Below, piece after piece: positions 25,785 to 38,714 of a stretch of 64,000 nucleotides of DNA. Numbering within the stretch: the first letter of the stretch is position 1; the number at the start of each line of letters is the position of its first letter. The position numbers and the translations under genes were made by a program. This stretch comes from Curvularia clavata (taxonomy: Eukaryota). The notes below the pieces were generated by a model. That model searched no databases and was not told the origin of the DNA. It worked only from the letters and a program-made list of their open reading frames with translations. The stretch covers positions 4,216,001 to 4,280,000 of the forward strand of contig CP089276.1 of the NCBI GenBank assembly GCA_023920165.1, written 5' to 3'.

Positions 25785-28700
25785 CTATTTCCGCGAGCTT
25801 GCCATTTCCCCATATCTTCCTCTCTGTTGCGTAGTGTCGTATGCCTGTAGGACCCTCGCCTGCGACTCGTCCGTCTGCGAGAAGGCGTAACCTCGCTGTT
25901 TGCGCATACGTTGAACCTGTCGCACCTTTCGAATGGCTTTTTGGAATTGCTCCATCCTGCATATGCATGAGTACAAAACTATGAGCACAAGAAAAGGTAG
26001 AGGAAACATACCGTGGTCGATAATCCTGGATGTTGTACTTTTGAATCTCCTGAACATGGTGGTAGCTTTGCGGGAAGTACATTCTCTTCGCATACTTCCA
26101 TGCGAAGTCTCTGATCAAGCAAAGCGGCGGTAGTACTACTACCATGGCCCAGAATCGTGGGTCAGGGAAGAGTCGCTCAATAACACCAACATACTCGTTG
26201 GAGATGCCAATCTTTGGCGCTACAGTGGCGTAGATGGGCATGAGGATGAACCAGAGAGCCATCGAACCAGGGATAGCTAGCACGGTGTATTTTGTCCAAA
26301 TGTTGGTGATGAGCGAGGCCTTGAGAAGCACAGTCGCAAGATTAGCAGTGTAAGCCGCGGTGCCCCAAACCCAATGACCTGCATTACGTCCATCCCACTG
26401 TGGCCAATCCCAGAGGATGAACGCTTGGGCACCAAAGTAGAGAATGAGTGAGTGATAGAAGCCGTTACCGACCCAGGACCAGAATGAGTGCATCCTGAAG
26501 AACACACCCGACTGACTGAGGCGATAGAGTTGTGGGTACCGGTCCAACAGCCGCGCGCTTACGAACTGATCGAAGATACCAAGGACAAATGGCGGCGCTG
26601 CTGTGAAGAAGACGTTGTAGAAGGTAAGCGTCCACGATTCGTAGATGATTTGACCAGAAAAGCCGTTTTGGAAAGAGTACCAAAATTGGGTCATGAACAT
26701 GGCAATGTTCTTGTAGAAAGAGTATAGAATGACCTTGCTAACACGCTGGTAACTCCATGCGCCGTGGACAAGTAGAAGCTTGCGTAGGTAGCGAAATTGG
26801 CCAATTGCAATGTCTGCGCTGCGAGCTGCCTGAAGACCTTCGACACCGCTGATACCGACACCGACATGGGCAGCTTGGATCATAGAGACGTCGTTAGCTC
26901 CATCACCAATTGCCAACAGGATGGACTTGAGATGGCGCTTAACAAGCTTGACAACTAGCGCCTTCTGAAGGGGAGAAACACGGCAACAGATGACAGCCTT
27001 GCACTTGATAGCAAGATCTAGGAACTCCTTCTCTAGATCACGCTCAAGAGCGTACGTCAGTGATTTCCCGTCAATGACGAGGGCGAGTACATCCATCTCT
27101 GCTCCGCCTTGGCTCTGGCTGGTAATTGCTTGGTACTTTTTGCGAATGTTGTCGCGGGTAGCTTCCTTGTTCTCTTCGTTGATGATGAGAAGACTCATAT
27201 CCTCGCTAATCAGCTTGCAACTCATACCGATGTTGATGGCGGTTTCCTGACGATCACCAGTCAAGACCCAGACCTTGATACCTGCGGACTGTAGAGTAGC
27301 AATAGTGTCGGGAACACCGTCCTGCAACTTGTCCTCGATAGCGGTTGCTCCCAGAAGCGTCATGTCACGTTCAATGAGTTCAGCAGCCTTGTCCAGCTCT
27401 TCGGCACGGTTACCGCTGACTGTTGTCTGTGCAGTGTTGAAAATTGACCACCATTCTTGGAACTCATCCTCTGGGATCTCACGCATAGCCAGACAGAGAG
27501 TTCGGAGTCCTTCGGAAGCGTATTCTTCCAGATGCGTCAGCGTCGCTTCTACGTATGGATTTTCCTTTGACAGTCTCTCCAAGATGACGGTATCGGCACC
27601 CTTGGTATAGCATACAATCTTGCCTTGGGGCGTGCGGAAGATGGTAGACATTCTCTTTCGGGTGGAGTTGAATTCGCAGACGGCCAGAAGCTCGTATTCT
27701 AGTTGGCGGCCGTCAACCTCGATAATGACGGCGCGCGGTTTTCTGGCAATGAACCTGTAGCCCAGAGTCACGGCACCCTCCACCAACGCACCCTCGTCTG
27801 GAGAGGCGGCTTGGTACTTGATGGCACCTTTTTCGCCCTTCATTTCGGGGATGACTGTATGACATGTTGCAAGAAGGGTGAGGAACTGGTCGATTATATG
27901 CTTATTGTGATGGGTTTGCCGGTTCTGCTCAAGCTGTTTGAAGTCGTGAATTCCAACCTCAACCCCGTCTTCCACTGTCGCACGTCGATCTTCAGGGATT
28001 TCGTCGGCATACTGAATACCCGCAATGGTTGATTGCCTGAACTCCATCATGTTGCATGTCAAGGTACCTGTTTTGTCAGAGAAGATGTATTCAATCTGGC
28101 CTAGTTCCTCGACTAAAGACGAAGTTCTGCATTTGGCAGGAGTGTCTGTCGGTTCATAGTAGATGTCAAGGTCAGAATCAATCAGACTTCCAGTGTAGTA
28201 CTTTACAATTTCGATTGTGACGAAGAGCGAGATGGGGACCAGATTGGAATACAGAACCCAGTAGGTTAGCAGATCCCGGAAGAACTGCTTGGCGCCGTTG
28301 AAACCAGGGAGACGGAGGTAAGTAAGTTTTTCTCCTTGGGTAGATTGCACGACTACGTCTCCAATGGAACTGATGATACTAAGACAGACGAGGATAACAA
28401 CCAGCATGAGAATTTGCTTGTTGACCATCCTCTCCACGGCGGTAGTCTTGATGGGGGTAGCTGTAGCGTTCCTCATAAGCTTGGTTTCGTGTCCGGTGAA
28501 GACGACTACACCGTGGATCCATGGCGTGTTTCGCAGCGTGGCTCCACGCAGCAAAAGTTGATCGGGTGCCAAAGGCAGCTCCCTCTCGCCTCCGCCCGCA
28601 GCCATGGTCAAGGTGGCTTCATACGTGTAGAGACTGCTGTTGGGTTGTTCGGAACGGATGCGGCCGCCTAGTCTGGCTAGTTCTGCGGGACTGACAAAAT

Positions 28701-29910
28701 CGGCAGTCTCAGGAATGGCCTGTTTGATTTTGAGATTTGTCTCGCCGTCCAAATTGGCCGTCTCGATGTAGCAAAGACCCTCAGGTTCGGAAGACGCAAG
28801 AAGGACCAGGTCTGCGGGGAACGGTTGTTCGGACTCGACGCGCACAATGTCTCCCACTGCAACGTTGACCCACTTGGTGTCTACGAAGGTTGAGCCTTTA
28901 AGGACCAGGGCTTTGGAATTGTTAAGTTCTGAATCGGACTGTTTTCGCCGGTAGTCTTCGATGTATTCCTTAACAGCCGATACGAACAGGACGATGCCGA
29001 GGGGAACAATGGTAGTAAATCGAGATGTGGGTGAGATACCAGGAATCTGCTGGAGGATAGCGGTAAAGAGGAAGAAGAGGTTTGCGTATTTGGAAAACTG
29101 CTCGTAGAGGAACTTGGGGAGGAAAGTGACAATGTTGTATTTGGACGTCGAGATGTGGTTGTCGACATACTTGTTGGCCGAGTTTGCGGGTGGGTTGTTG
29201 AGGTGAATGATGCGGGGACCGAGTGTCGATGGGTCGGGCGCGCTTCCCCCAAAGCCAAACTTGAAGGTGCCGAGACCCTTTTTCTTCTTCTTGGAGGATG
29301 TGGCATCGTCGTATGGACCGGCAGCCTCACTGGTGCTCGGTTGCTGCTGCTGGTGGGCGGCGTTCTCAGTCAAGGGCATGTCCATCTCTGAGTACTCGGA
29401 GCCGCGACCCAGCATGTTCTTAACCCTTCCTGTCAGGCCGCCACCGAGACTGAGGATGCTGTTCCTGTTGTGTGCGTTCTTGGATGCACCGCGCCTTACG
29501 CCTGGCGAGGCCTGGTCGTACGCACCGCCAGCCGCATAGTAGCCCTGTGCGGAGGCATCGTCATCGTGCGGAATGTCTGCGTCCGAGTATCTCTGGTAGT
29601 TGTTGAGGTCGGAGGTTTGCGAGTAGGCCCTATTGTTGCCCGGTCCTCCCATATAGGGTGAACCTGCAGGAGGAGCACCTGGCCCTCCCGGCAGGCCCTG
29701 GGTGGACCTCGCACCACCGCCCACAAAGTCGTCGTACGAGACCGAGGGCCGGCCCTGGGGCGCCGTATCTGAGGCATCTATGTCATAGCGGTGGAGAAGG
29801 TTGTGGTCGCCTGTCGGGGGCGGTGCGCCCGAGTGATATGCGGGTTGGTGGTCGTCGAAGTCGATTAGGTTGTCGCTATGAGGCGGTCCACCTGGCGGCC
29901 TGCTGGCCAT
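25785..29910 (-). CDS. DRS2: P4-type ATPase phospholipid flippase, Drs2/ATP8A type
   Basis: DGETNLK, PISLFVT, DKTGTLT, SPDEGAL, LTGDRQETA, GDGAND and QISS-like QFSK; last intron ~25957-26011 gives the RGYAFSQ C-terminal tail. Confidence 0.96.
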
Positions 29911-31380
29911 AGCGGCCGTCTGTCGTCGAGGGCGTCCTTTCTCCGCTCAGCGCGCCTGGTCTGCTAATTCATCGGAGAGGCGCTCCTGTGCTGCTGCCTT
30001 CTCTTTGGGATGCGTGCGAGGCCACGGACGTCTCGTCTGGTCGTGTCTGGTTGTGTCACCGGGTTGGCCGGCGGTTGGCGTGTCAGGTGTGTATGCGAGA
30101 GCGTGTGGGAGCGTGTGGGAGCGAGGACAGGTGTGCGCAGTGGACGGCGCTGGCGCTGGCAAACGGAGCAGAGGGTCACGGGAGTAGTTGCAGGCCTAAC
30201 CGTGGGCTGGCTGGCTGTGTCGTCGTCGTCGAAAGATGTTAGGCACGGGCCCCGGGTGCTGAGGCGAGGCAGTGCAGTGCCTACGACTATTACCTCGCAC
30301 ACCCTGGGCCGCCTGCTGCAGCCGTGCCCCTGGTGTCTCGACGTACCAGCGAATCCAGCCCACCGCTGTCGACTCTAGGCCCAGAATTGCGCCCGCGCCA
30401 TCTGCATGCGCCAGACTGCCCTCCTGCTCGTCTCCTGTCCTGGGCCATTACGCGGCGCTGTCGTTGCTTAAGATACTGGGTGGAGCACACTGACGTTGCG
30501 CCAAGCGCCTTCTATTCTACTCGACTCGACGGTAGCAGTGCAATGCATGCAATTACCAGTACACAACATGCAGGTACCGTACATCAATGCTATTGCTTCA
30601 CATTGCACGCACTCGACATACCATGTGGCGCCTCCATCCTGAAACTAACATGCGTACAGATGCCTACGCTTCGTTGCTGCACCCAACATACACCTCCAGC
30701 CACCCTCGCCCTGCATCCTCTGAGGCGGACACATCCCAATTTAACCCACATATGCACTGTCTTTCCCACTCATTGTAGACGCCTACGTTATCGCGGTGCC
30801 TCTGTTACCAACTCGATGTGGCTCGTCACCTCGTAATGCTACTCTAGCGGCGGCGTGGCCTCTCTTAAAATAGCTGTTAGCAGCGCCTTGCCGTGGATGC
30901 ATCCACAACAAGCTCAGGAGGCCACATTTCACTGCCTGTGCCCCGCATGTCCGGCTTATGTACACACTGCGTATATGTGCTCCCTACATAGCTTCAGCAA
31001 TGGCTGTGCACGCATTCTTCACAGTACATAAAGCTCTCACTTCCACCACGTGGTCCCGCACGCGCGGCAATCTTACCATTACTAATACACATCTTCCATC
31101 TCCCCAATAACTGGCCTGAACACCCTAATCTCGCTTTGTCTGGGCCTTAGTTCTTCCATCAGACTACCCATCTGCCGAGTTCGCCCATGGTTACAAGTCC
31201 CGCTAGCGCGCACCTCGGGGACCCTTGGTGAGAATTTTCCTTCACCCCACCATTTCCTGCACAACCCATCGCTCATCTGGACTCGATCGCTACCACATCC
31301 CGTCTTGAATCATTACGTCTCGCTTTTACTCCTTTCATATTATTTCTATTTGTTTCGGTTGTCATCGAACAACAGCAATA

Positions 31381-31488
31381 GCCCGGCTAGCTCAATCGGT
31401 AGAGCGTGAGACTCTTAGTCTTCACGGTCTGACAGACTCGATAACTCAGTACATCTCAAGGTTGTGGGTTCGACCCCCACGTCGGGCT
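31381..31488 (+). tRNA. tRNA-Lys(CTT) with 35-nt intron at 31418-31452
   Basis: GCCCGGC/GTCGGGC acceptor stem, D arm GCTCAATCGGTAGAGC, anticodon stem TGAGA-CTCTTA^A-TCTCA, T loop GGTTCGACCC. Confidence 0.95.
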
Positions 31489-31497
31489 TGTACATTC

Positions 31498-31503
31498 TTT
31501 TTT
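31498..31503 (+). terminator. Pol III oligo-T terminator of the tRNA gene
   Basis: T6 run 10 nt after the tRNA 3' end. Confidence 0.75.
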
Positions 31504-32495
31504 GGCTTCCATGACTCTCATGGGGGCTTTTTTTTGTTGCCATTGTAGCCATAGTGAAGCAAAATCTCTAGGGTTCCACTTCTATCGCATCCGTATAGGT
31601 TTATTATTGAGAGATTAAGGACTTGAATTCCAAGTCCCTGCTACAACATTCTACAGGACTGCTTTCAGTAATTCTGTGGCGTATCTACACCTACTGGCCA
31701 ATACCCAATTTTTCTTTCCGATGAAGAACAATATCAATGTATCAATTCCTAATTTGAGAGCTTTCTACCAGATCGTCAGACAATTATACGCGGCTGTAAG
31801 GGTCACACGGAAAGTCAGTTGCACTTGAAGTGTTCATAGTAGTCGTGAAACAGAACGAGCAAATCGCATCTGCTGGACACCCCCTCCTTAGGACATTGTC
31901 AGCACACATGCCAGCATGCTTCAAATAGTACAAAACCACTATTATGCTAGTGTAGAGAAAAACCGCCCAGAATTTCTGCAGTGCGTAATTGAATCTCCAC
32001 AAGACCGATAGGTTTTATAGCTATAACATATCATACAATCATGTTGCAGAGTTTATCCATCTGTGATTAAGGAGCGCGACATTAATGTTTTGATAAAAAG
32101 GGCTTGGAGGCAGATAGCGCTATTCCACCTCCACGTCGACTGTTGGTAAAAGAGGGTGACCATCAAAATACAGGGTTATCACCATCGGTCGATAAAGTAA
32201 CAAACCTTTAAATTACTCAAGAGAATGCTCATAGCTCTCTAGAATCTGAGAAAAAGGGTTAAAGATTGCCGATTTAGAAGTCATTGGCTAATGGACATTT
32301 CCCTTCACTTCACTCAATCGAAACACGCTCCACTGTTAAACCCCTTCACGATGACCCATCAGTCTCCACAAAGGGTGCAAAAACAGGCACCCTGTTCTCC
32401 TTAAAAGGTTAAATTTCTACTCTCTATCATATGATAACCTCACACAATCGTATTCTCAACCACGTAACAACCTCAACACCAACCCTACTCTCAAG

Positions 32496-33487
32496 ATGGC
32501 TCTCGGTCTCCTCCAGCAACTTATGATCGACCGTCTGAAGAAAAAGATTGTCAAAGGATCCATACTCAGAACTCGCTGCCCACTAAACAACGGTAGACAC
32601 AACTGTAAGAATCCGGCTCATGCGTACGTAGGCAATTTGCATACCCTTCCCGTCGAGATTCAGCACCGTATCCTCTCCTTTCTTGATATCAAATCACTCC
32701 TCGTTTTTCGTCGAGCCAGTAAGTCGGCAATGAATCTTGTCAACGCTGATCTGGACTACCCCACAGGGTAGTTACCAACGCGCCCATGGCACTGCGTATG
32801 GCTATTGCCATTGGTATGCACGACAAGTATACCGTTGCCGACCTCTTTGCTGCATTGTGCAACCGCACATGCGCCAAATGTGGTACACTGGCTCATTACC
32901 TTTGCCTCTTGACCTGTAAGCGTATCTGCCTTGGCCAGAATGGATCCTGTAGAGGTGAATTGGGACCCTGGAAGTTGGTGCGTCGGGATGGTGATAACTG
33001 GACAAGCCATGCCCACGACAATGGCGAAATCGACATCAACACTGAAGACTTTGGGAATCCGCTGAGCTTCAAGCCCGTACCAGGTCTCTATAAGTCCGCT
33101 CGGCCCGAAGACGATCTGAGCATGGCTAGGTCACGTCGTGTCAACCCTAGCGATATCTTCATCCACTGGGATGGCGCCAAGTATCAGGATTGGGATGAAT
33201 TGGATGACGTGAGGAAAGGTTTTATCGGTGTAAACCTGACGCTGAACAAGAGCCTTAGCGTTGTATTTGCTCCGTGGCTGAGCAAGCATAGCTTGGCCGG
33301 AGTCTACGGCACGCAATGTCTCGTCTGCAAGACAGAAGACGAGAAGCGAAACAGGAACACTGCACCTAACACAATCAATTTGAAAGACTACATCAACATG
33401 CGGCGGTACGAGATCTGGACTGAGGAAGGTTTGGTCCAGCATATGCGTGAGGTGCATGGGTTGGCCGAGAGTGAGTGCGACAGCTGA
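32496..33487 (+). pseudogene. F-box protein gene split by a frameshift (pseudogene or sequencing error)
   Basis: ORF 32496..32771 has LHTLPVEIQHRILSFLDIKSLLVFRRASK; a frame shift in the C4 run at 32759-32762 continues HRVVTNAPMALR...CAKCG...LLTCKRIC into ORF 32786..33487. Confidence 0.75.
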
Positions 33488-34949
33488 CCAAAGGCACGGC
33501 AAGGCTTTCCATTCTGTGGGATTTTCCACTAGGTGATCAAAACACAGCATATGCTGCAAGTGCCTAGTGTAGATTCTATCATGCTAGAGATGTTTTTAAC
33601 AGATGCGACTTGGGATTTCAAATAGTTCATCCTGATCAGGGAGGGCAACAACGGGACAAGAAACATTCACGTTGACTCTCACGTTTACACAAACTCGTGT
33701 AGTCTCGAGAGAAAATAAGACACATAGATAAAAAAAGGAACATTACTTTTTCCAAGATGAGATCTGTCTTGATTCACACTGGTCATGCTTTTTGGCAGCT
33801 ACCACAGGACGTATTCATTGTGAATCTACATTATAGAAAGACTGCGAACTAGTCTTACAACTACCCTTGGATTTTCGACCCCAAGCCTGATACGTAGAAT
33901 GTATGACTTCACTAACGGATATTAATAGCCCCTGCAAATGACAGCACTTGCTTTTTTACTACAAAGGGGCGGAAGAGGCTGCGCTAAGCAGTTTTCAGAA
34001 GGCGAATCAAACCCCCGTGTTTGTGTGTAAAGTGAACTTGGCATCTTAGCTTTCTCATTCAATACGAGTATTGCCATTGTCCAAGATCTGATTCAGCGAA
34101 TGATAGCAAGGTTTTCGGGAACTAACCAGATCGTGCTGCCTTTCCGGCGCAGAAGCCCCTAGGGAAAATCTAGGCTACACACGACAATGTCTTGTGATTG
34201 TAAGCCACGTATTGCTTTTTGCATGTGTGAGACATTCTCTCACCTACTTCTGATGGCTTGCAACATATTCCGAGTTCAGGTTCCGATTGGTGTTTGCAGC
34301 TGAAATACCTATACTCTAGAATACTGCAGCGTATCTATCTGTTGATTGAATGCTGAGCTGAGTAAACGGCACACTGTGGATGGCGATTTATGATCAGATA
34401 CCATCATACGATGGTGCCAAGATTTCGCCATTTGACTTCAGCAGAGCCACCATCTTTGTGGCGTCAATGTTCTGTCACGGTGTGTGATGGATAATCAAAA
34501 GTTCAACTCACCGGTCGTACAAGCCACAAGCAGTGGTGTTCTCAGCCAGATTAAACCCATCTCCGAAAGCATATGGAATCGACGTCCGATCCAGCCATAG
34601 GCGCCAATTCAATAACCTGAAGACTGGGTTTGAGCTAGTTTTGTGGTAATCAGTGGCTGGAGGACTGCTCATGTGTTCACGCCACAATCGATAGTGACAA
34701 TCCAAATCTTCACGGAAAAGCTCCGGAATGCCAGTAGGTAGAGTACATCCCTGAGATCTCCATACTAACACAGTTAAGAGAATGAGTCTTAGTCGTCTAC
34801 ATTCACCGATCAAAGATTCAACACATGGTGTGCCAAAGACTAACATCTGATGGGATGCCTGCACTTAAACGGTATATCTACTTATATAAGGCAACCTCGA
34901 TATACATGTTTGTTCTATAACTCATTTCAAACCCACAATACAATACATC

Positions 34950-36066
34950 ATGACGCGCTTTCTTCAAGTTTTACTCGCAGCCGCGAGTCTTGTCGCTGGC
35001 CAATCGCCAATTTGTCCGAATGAAGTCGCAATATATAACCAGCAAGACCGAACCATGGCGATAACTAACAGTGAGTATTTGCAGAAGCTCCACCGAGAAA
35101 TGCACATCTGACAAACATTCTAGACTGGTTCTTAGTTCCTGTACCAAGGGATCAGGTTAAGAAAGCCGTCCAGGAGTCGTTCCCAACTCTGTTCAATTTG
35201 AGAGGATTGAACATGTTGCCTCTTCCTGCCGAATTGAACTTTCCTGCAGGTATGCATCCCGTCATGGTGACTGTTGGCTCAGCCAACGATGTCCGTCAAG
35301 ACGGTCTGCAGCTGGCCACAGGATTGATGCTGGCTACTACTATGATCCCATACATTGGTATTGGGGATTCCCAGACGCCACTGAATATACCACTTATTTC
35401 GCATATCGCCGGTATCGACACAATCACTCAGAGCTATGTGCAGGGGCTCATCCCTTCTGTGGTTGGTAAGTACATCACACAGAAGCTTCTCCTTTTTCCA
35501 AACATTTCCCGCTTACATATAAAACTCTAGCTACAATTGCCGGGATTCTTTTTAGAATTGGAGCCTTTCTTCCCACTAACGCACCATACCAGTCTTACAG
35601 TGATGGATCACTGGGCGCCAACTCCAAATGGGCACAAGCGCCCAATCCCGTTAGCGGTCCCGGCCTTTACTCGGAAGCCATTGACCTGAAGTTTGTCAAT
35701 GAGCCCAATCAGTCCTCGCCCCGGTACTCTCTTAGCACCTGGAAGAGAATGATCAACCAGCCATGGATACTGGCCAATGCCGCTAGCCTTGTCAACCCGA
35801 AGTGTCAGCGAAGCACATTCTACTTCACCAACAGCACTGCACAGCCCACTTTCCGCACTGGCAATGCAACTCTAGGACCTTCGGCGGGTGTCAACGTATT
35901 TACAGCAGTCCTGCAGAAGGGTAGCCCAGATGGGTCAGGCTTCTACCAAAGCGTCTACGGCTTCACAGCCTGTGCGCAGAATGTAGGCTACGGTGCTGTG
36001 GTTCCACAAGGCGAGGATTGCGAGGTTGCTGCACAAACCGTCGCTAACACACCTGGTGCTTGGTAA
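34950..36066 (+). CDS. Secreted protein of unknown function, 332 aa, 3 exons
   Basis: Signal peptide MTRFLQVLLAAASLVAG; exons 34950-35070, 35124-35465 and 35531-36066 sum to 999 nt in an open frame; TATA-like TATATAA at ~34884. Confidence 0.8.
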
Positions 36067-36683
36067 GTCATTTCATATAGATGAGAAATTGGTTGGAAAT
36101 CTTGTCGACACTGTATGTGTACTCCATATGTCCATGAGTCATCACCTTGGCTGAGATAGTCGTATTGACTTTGATGAATCTACTCAAACTACTTTGGCTG
36201 TTTAGAGTAATGCGGTTCTCTCGCGAGGTGTGATTAGGCAGCTGGCCCTGATCCATAGAGAACTTTTCCGTGGTGACTACTTGCGCTGCTTTTCCGCTAA
36301 GCACTAGCACCCTTTTCCGTTGATTGACGCGTATTCCTCATGTTCAGCTTCGTACGAGCGATAGTATGCGCTGCTTGCTAATGGCGAGTTTTCCGGGCCT
36401 TACGGAAATAATGGCTATGCGATGGAAAGGACTGAGGATACTATACCATGGCGGGTTAGTCTATCTGCTTAGTAGATAGACTTGACGTCACACTTACCGG
36501 AGTTATCTCTTGATAATTGATGGCTAGACTGTCCTCCCATGATAAAAATATCAACCCGTTGTTCATTTGTTATTCGGTGGCTTCTGAAGTGATATATCAA
36601 GTTGAAGAGCGCCACAGTCATAAGTGAGAATTAGAAACACTTCGTTAGCATCGCTTAGTGTACAACATACAACCATTGACACT

Positions 36684-38468
36684 ATGGACCCGGAAAGCGA
36701 GAAGGGAAAAGATATGCATCCATCACCACCCTCCAATGCAAGTATAGACCTAGAGAGCGGAAGAAAATCAAGACCCAGAAGGAGAAGCGCATCGACTATA
36801 GAGACGGTATCGACCAGTACCGAGGATGAGTACGACCCCAATTACGATGGCCACCGACCTACAAGAAAGGAGCTATCCGAGAGCATTTCTCGATCGCGGA
36901 GCCGGCGCAGTGAACTACGAGCAGGGCCCGCAACAGCTAGCGGCATCAATCAAACTCTAAACCGTACCATATCACGCAGAGAGACTGTTCTTTCGCGAAT
37001 CCGCTCTCGACCAAATGTTGCGCCGTTTTCACATCCGCTATCAGGTCAGCCTACATCGACAGATGTCCTAGTCGATTTCGACGGTGAAGATGATCCGTAT
37101 CGTCCGATAAATTGGCCCACAAAGAAGAAGGTCCTGACGACACTTATGTACGGCTTGACGACCATGAGCGCGACATGGGCTTCGTCCTCATATTCTGCCG
37201 GTACCAGACAGATCGCAAGAGAATTCCACGTCGGCAATCAGGTAGCTATCCTAGGTACCACAATCTTTTTATTCGGATTTGGCCTTGGTCCACTCCTCTG
37301 GGCACCCTTATCCGAAGTGTATGGGCGAAGGATAGCGGTTTTAACACCAATGTTCGTCGCAATGTGCTTCAGCTTCGGAAGCGCGGCCGCAAAGGACTTT
37401 CAGACGCTCATGATTACGCGATTCTTTGGCGCCTTCTTTGCCAGTGCACCCGTAACGAATACAGGAGGTGTGCTCGGAGATCTGTACAGCCCTGCATGGC
37501 GAGCAATGGCCATGGCCGGCTATGCAATGGCAGTCGTCGGAGGTCCATGCCTTGGTCCCATTGTCTCCGCAGCTTTTGTCGCGGACCCATCCTTAGGCTG
37601 GCGCTGGACCGAGTACTTTACCGGCATTCTTCAAGCCACTACCCTCGTCATTGACGTCATATTCATCGACGAATGCTACCCACCCAAACTGCTCTTGTAC
37701 AAAGCTCGTCGTCTACGCCACGAAACAGGTAACTGGGCACTGCATACCAAGTTCGAAGAATGGGACGTCAGTATCAAAGAGTTGTCAAAGAAGTTTCTGC
37801 TCCGCCCGGTCCAGCTTCTCACAACACCAATCTGTTTCCTCATGGCACTTTATGCTAGCTTCTGCTACGGAATCTTGTACATGCAACTTGGTGGAATCCC
37901 CATCATCTTCGGGGAAATAAGGGGCTGGCCTGCAGTTAGTGCCACACTGCCCTTTTTGGGCATACTCGTCGGAGCCATCATCGGTTGCAGCATCAACGCC
38001 TACAACCAGATCCTCTACAATAAAGTATACCATGCTGCTGGAAATAGGGCCGTTCCCGAAGCGCGCTTACCTCCCATGATGCTGGGCTCAGTCCTATTTT
38101 CTGCAGGCCAGTTCCTGTTAGGCTGGACAGCGGACCCAAAATTCCACTGGATCGTGCCTATCATAGGGCTAGTCCTAATGGGAACGGGATTCTTTACCAT
38201 TTTCCAGGCTGCGCTGAATTATCTTGTTGATACTTTCACCCTGTATGCAGCGAGTGCGGTGGCGGCAAATACGTTCTTGCGCAGCGCTTTTGCGGGCGCG
38301 TTTCCGCTGGTGGTCACGCCAATGTACCATAATATTGGTGTTGGGCCTGCGAGCACCATCACCGGCGGATTTGCAGCACTGCTCATTCCAGTGCCGTTTG
38401 TATTTTATATGTTTGGGAAGAGGATTAGGAGGGGGAGTAAGTGGAGTCGTCCGAGCGTGTTTGATTAG
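36684..38468 (+). CDS. MFS drug:H+ antiporter, DHA1 family
   Basis: VDFDGEDDPYRPINW, GPLLWAPLSEVYGRR, GGVLGDLY, LGWRWTEY, PEARLPPM, NYLVDTF and ASAVAANTFLRS; first ATG at 36684. Confidence 0.93.
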   Translation: MDPESEKGKDMHPSPPSNASIDLESGRKSRPRRRSASTIETVSTSTEDEYDPNYDGHRPTRKELSESISRSRSRRSELRAGPATASGINQTLNRTISRRETVLSRIRSRPNVAPFSHPLSGQPTSTDVLVDFDGEDDPYRPINWPTKKKVLTTLMYGLTTMSATWASSSYSAGTRQIAREFHVGNQVAILGTTIFLFGFGLGPLLWAPLSEVYGRRIAVLTPMFVAMCFSFGSAAAKDFQTLMITRFFGAFFASAPVTNTGGVLGDLYSPAWRAMAMAGYAMAVVGGPCLGPIVSAAFVADPSLGWRWTEYFTGILQATTLVIDVIFIDECYPPKLLLYKARRLRHETGNWALHTKFEEWDVSIKELSKKFLLRPVQLLTTPICFLMALYASFCYGILYMQLGGIPIIFGEIRGWPAVSATLPFLGILVGAIIGCSINAYNQILYNKVYHAAGNRAVPEARLPPMMLGSVLFSAGQFLLGWTADPKFHWIVPIIGLVLMGTGFFTIFQAALNYLVDTFTLYAASAVAANTFLRSAFAGAFPLVVTPMYHNIGVGPASTITGGFAALLIPVPFVFYMFGKRIRRGSKWSRPSVFD

Positions 38469-38714
38469 TTGTGTGGTCGGCAGGAGCATGCTTTTGTTAT
38501 CCAAGCGTATCAAGATAAAGTAAAAGTTTAGTTGAATGTTTTAGACTTAGTGTATCTTCCTAGCCGTCTTTTTGCTAAAATCAAGACCAAAATCGGAAAA
38601 GACTATGCTTAGAGCAAGCTCTCACTGTCTTGTCGACGTGTATGGGAGCTTGTCCCTTGAATTTCAAAGGCATCAGAGATTATACAGTTTCCTGTTTCGC
38701 CACATGCATGATAT

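Noticed and set aside
25657..25960. C-terminus of the 1417-aa DRS2 ORF as given in the track
   Set aside because: Read-through of the last intron; the spliced form ends at 25785 with the conserved GYAFSQ tail
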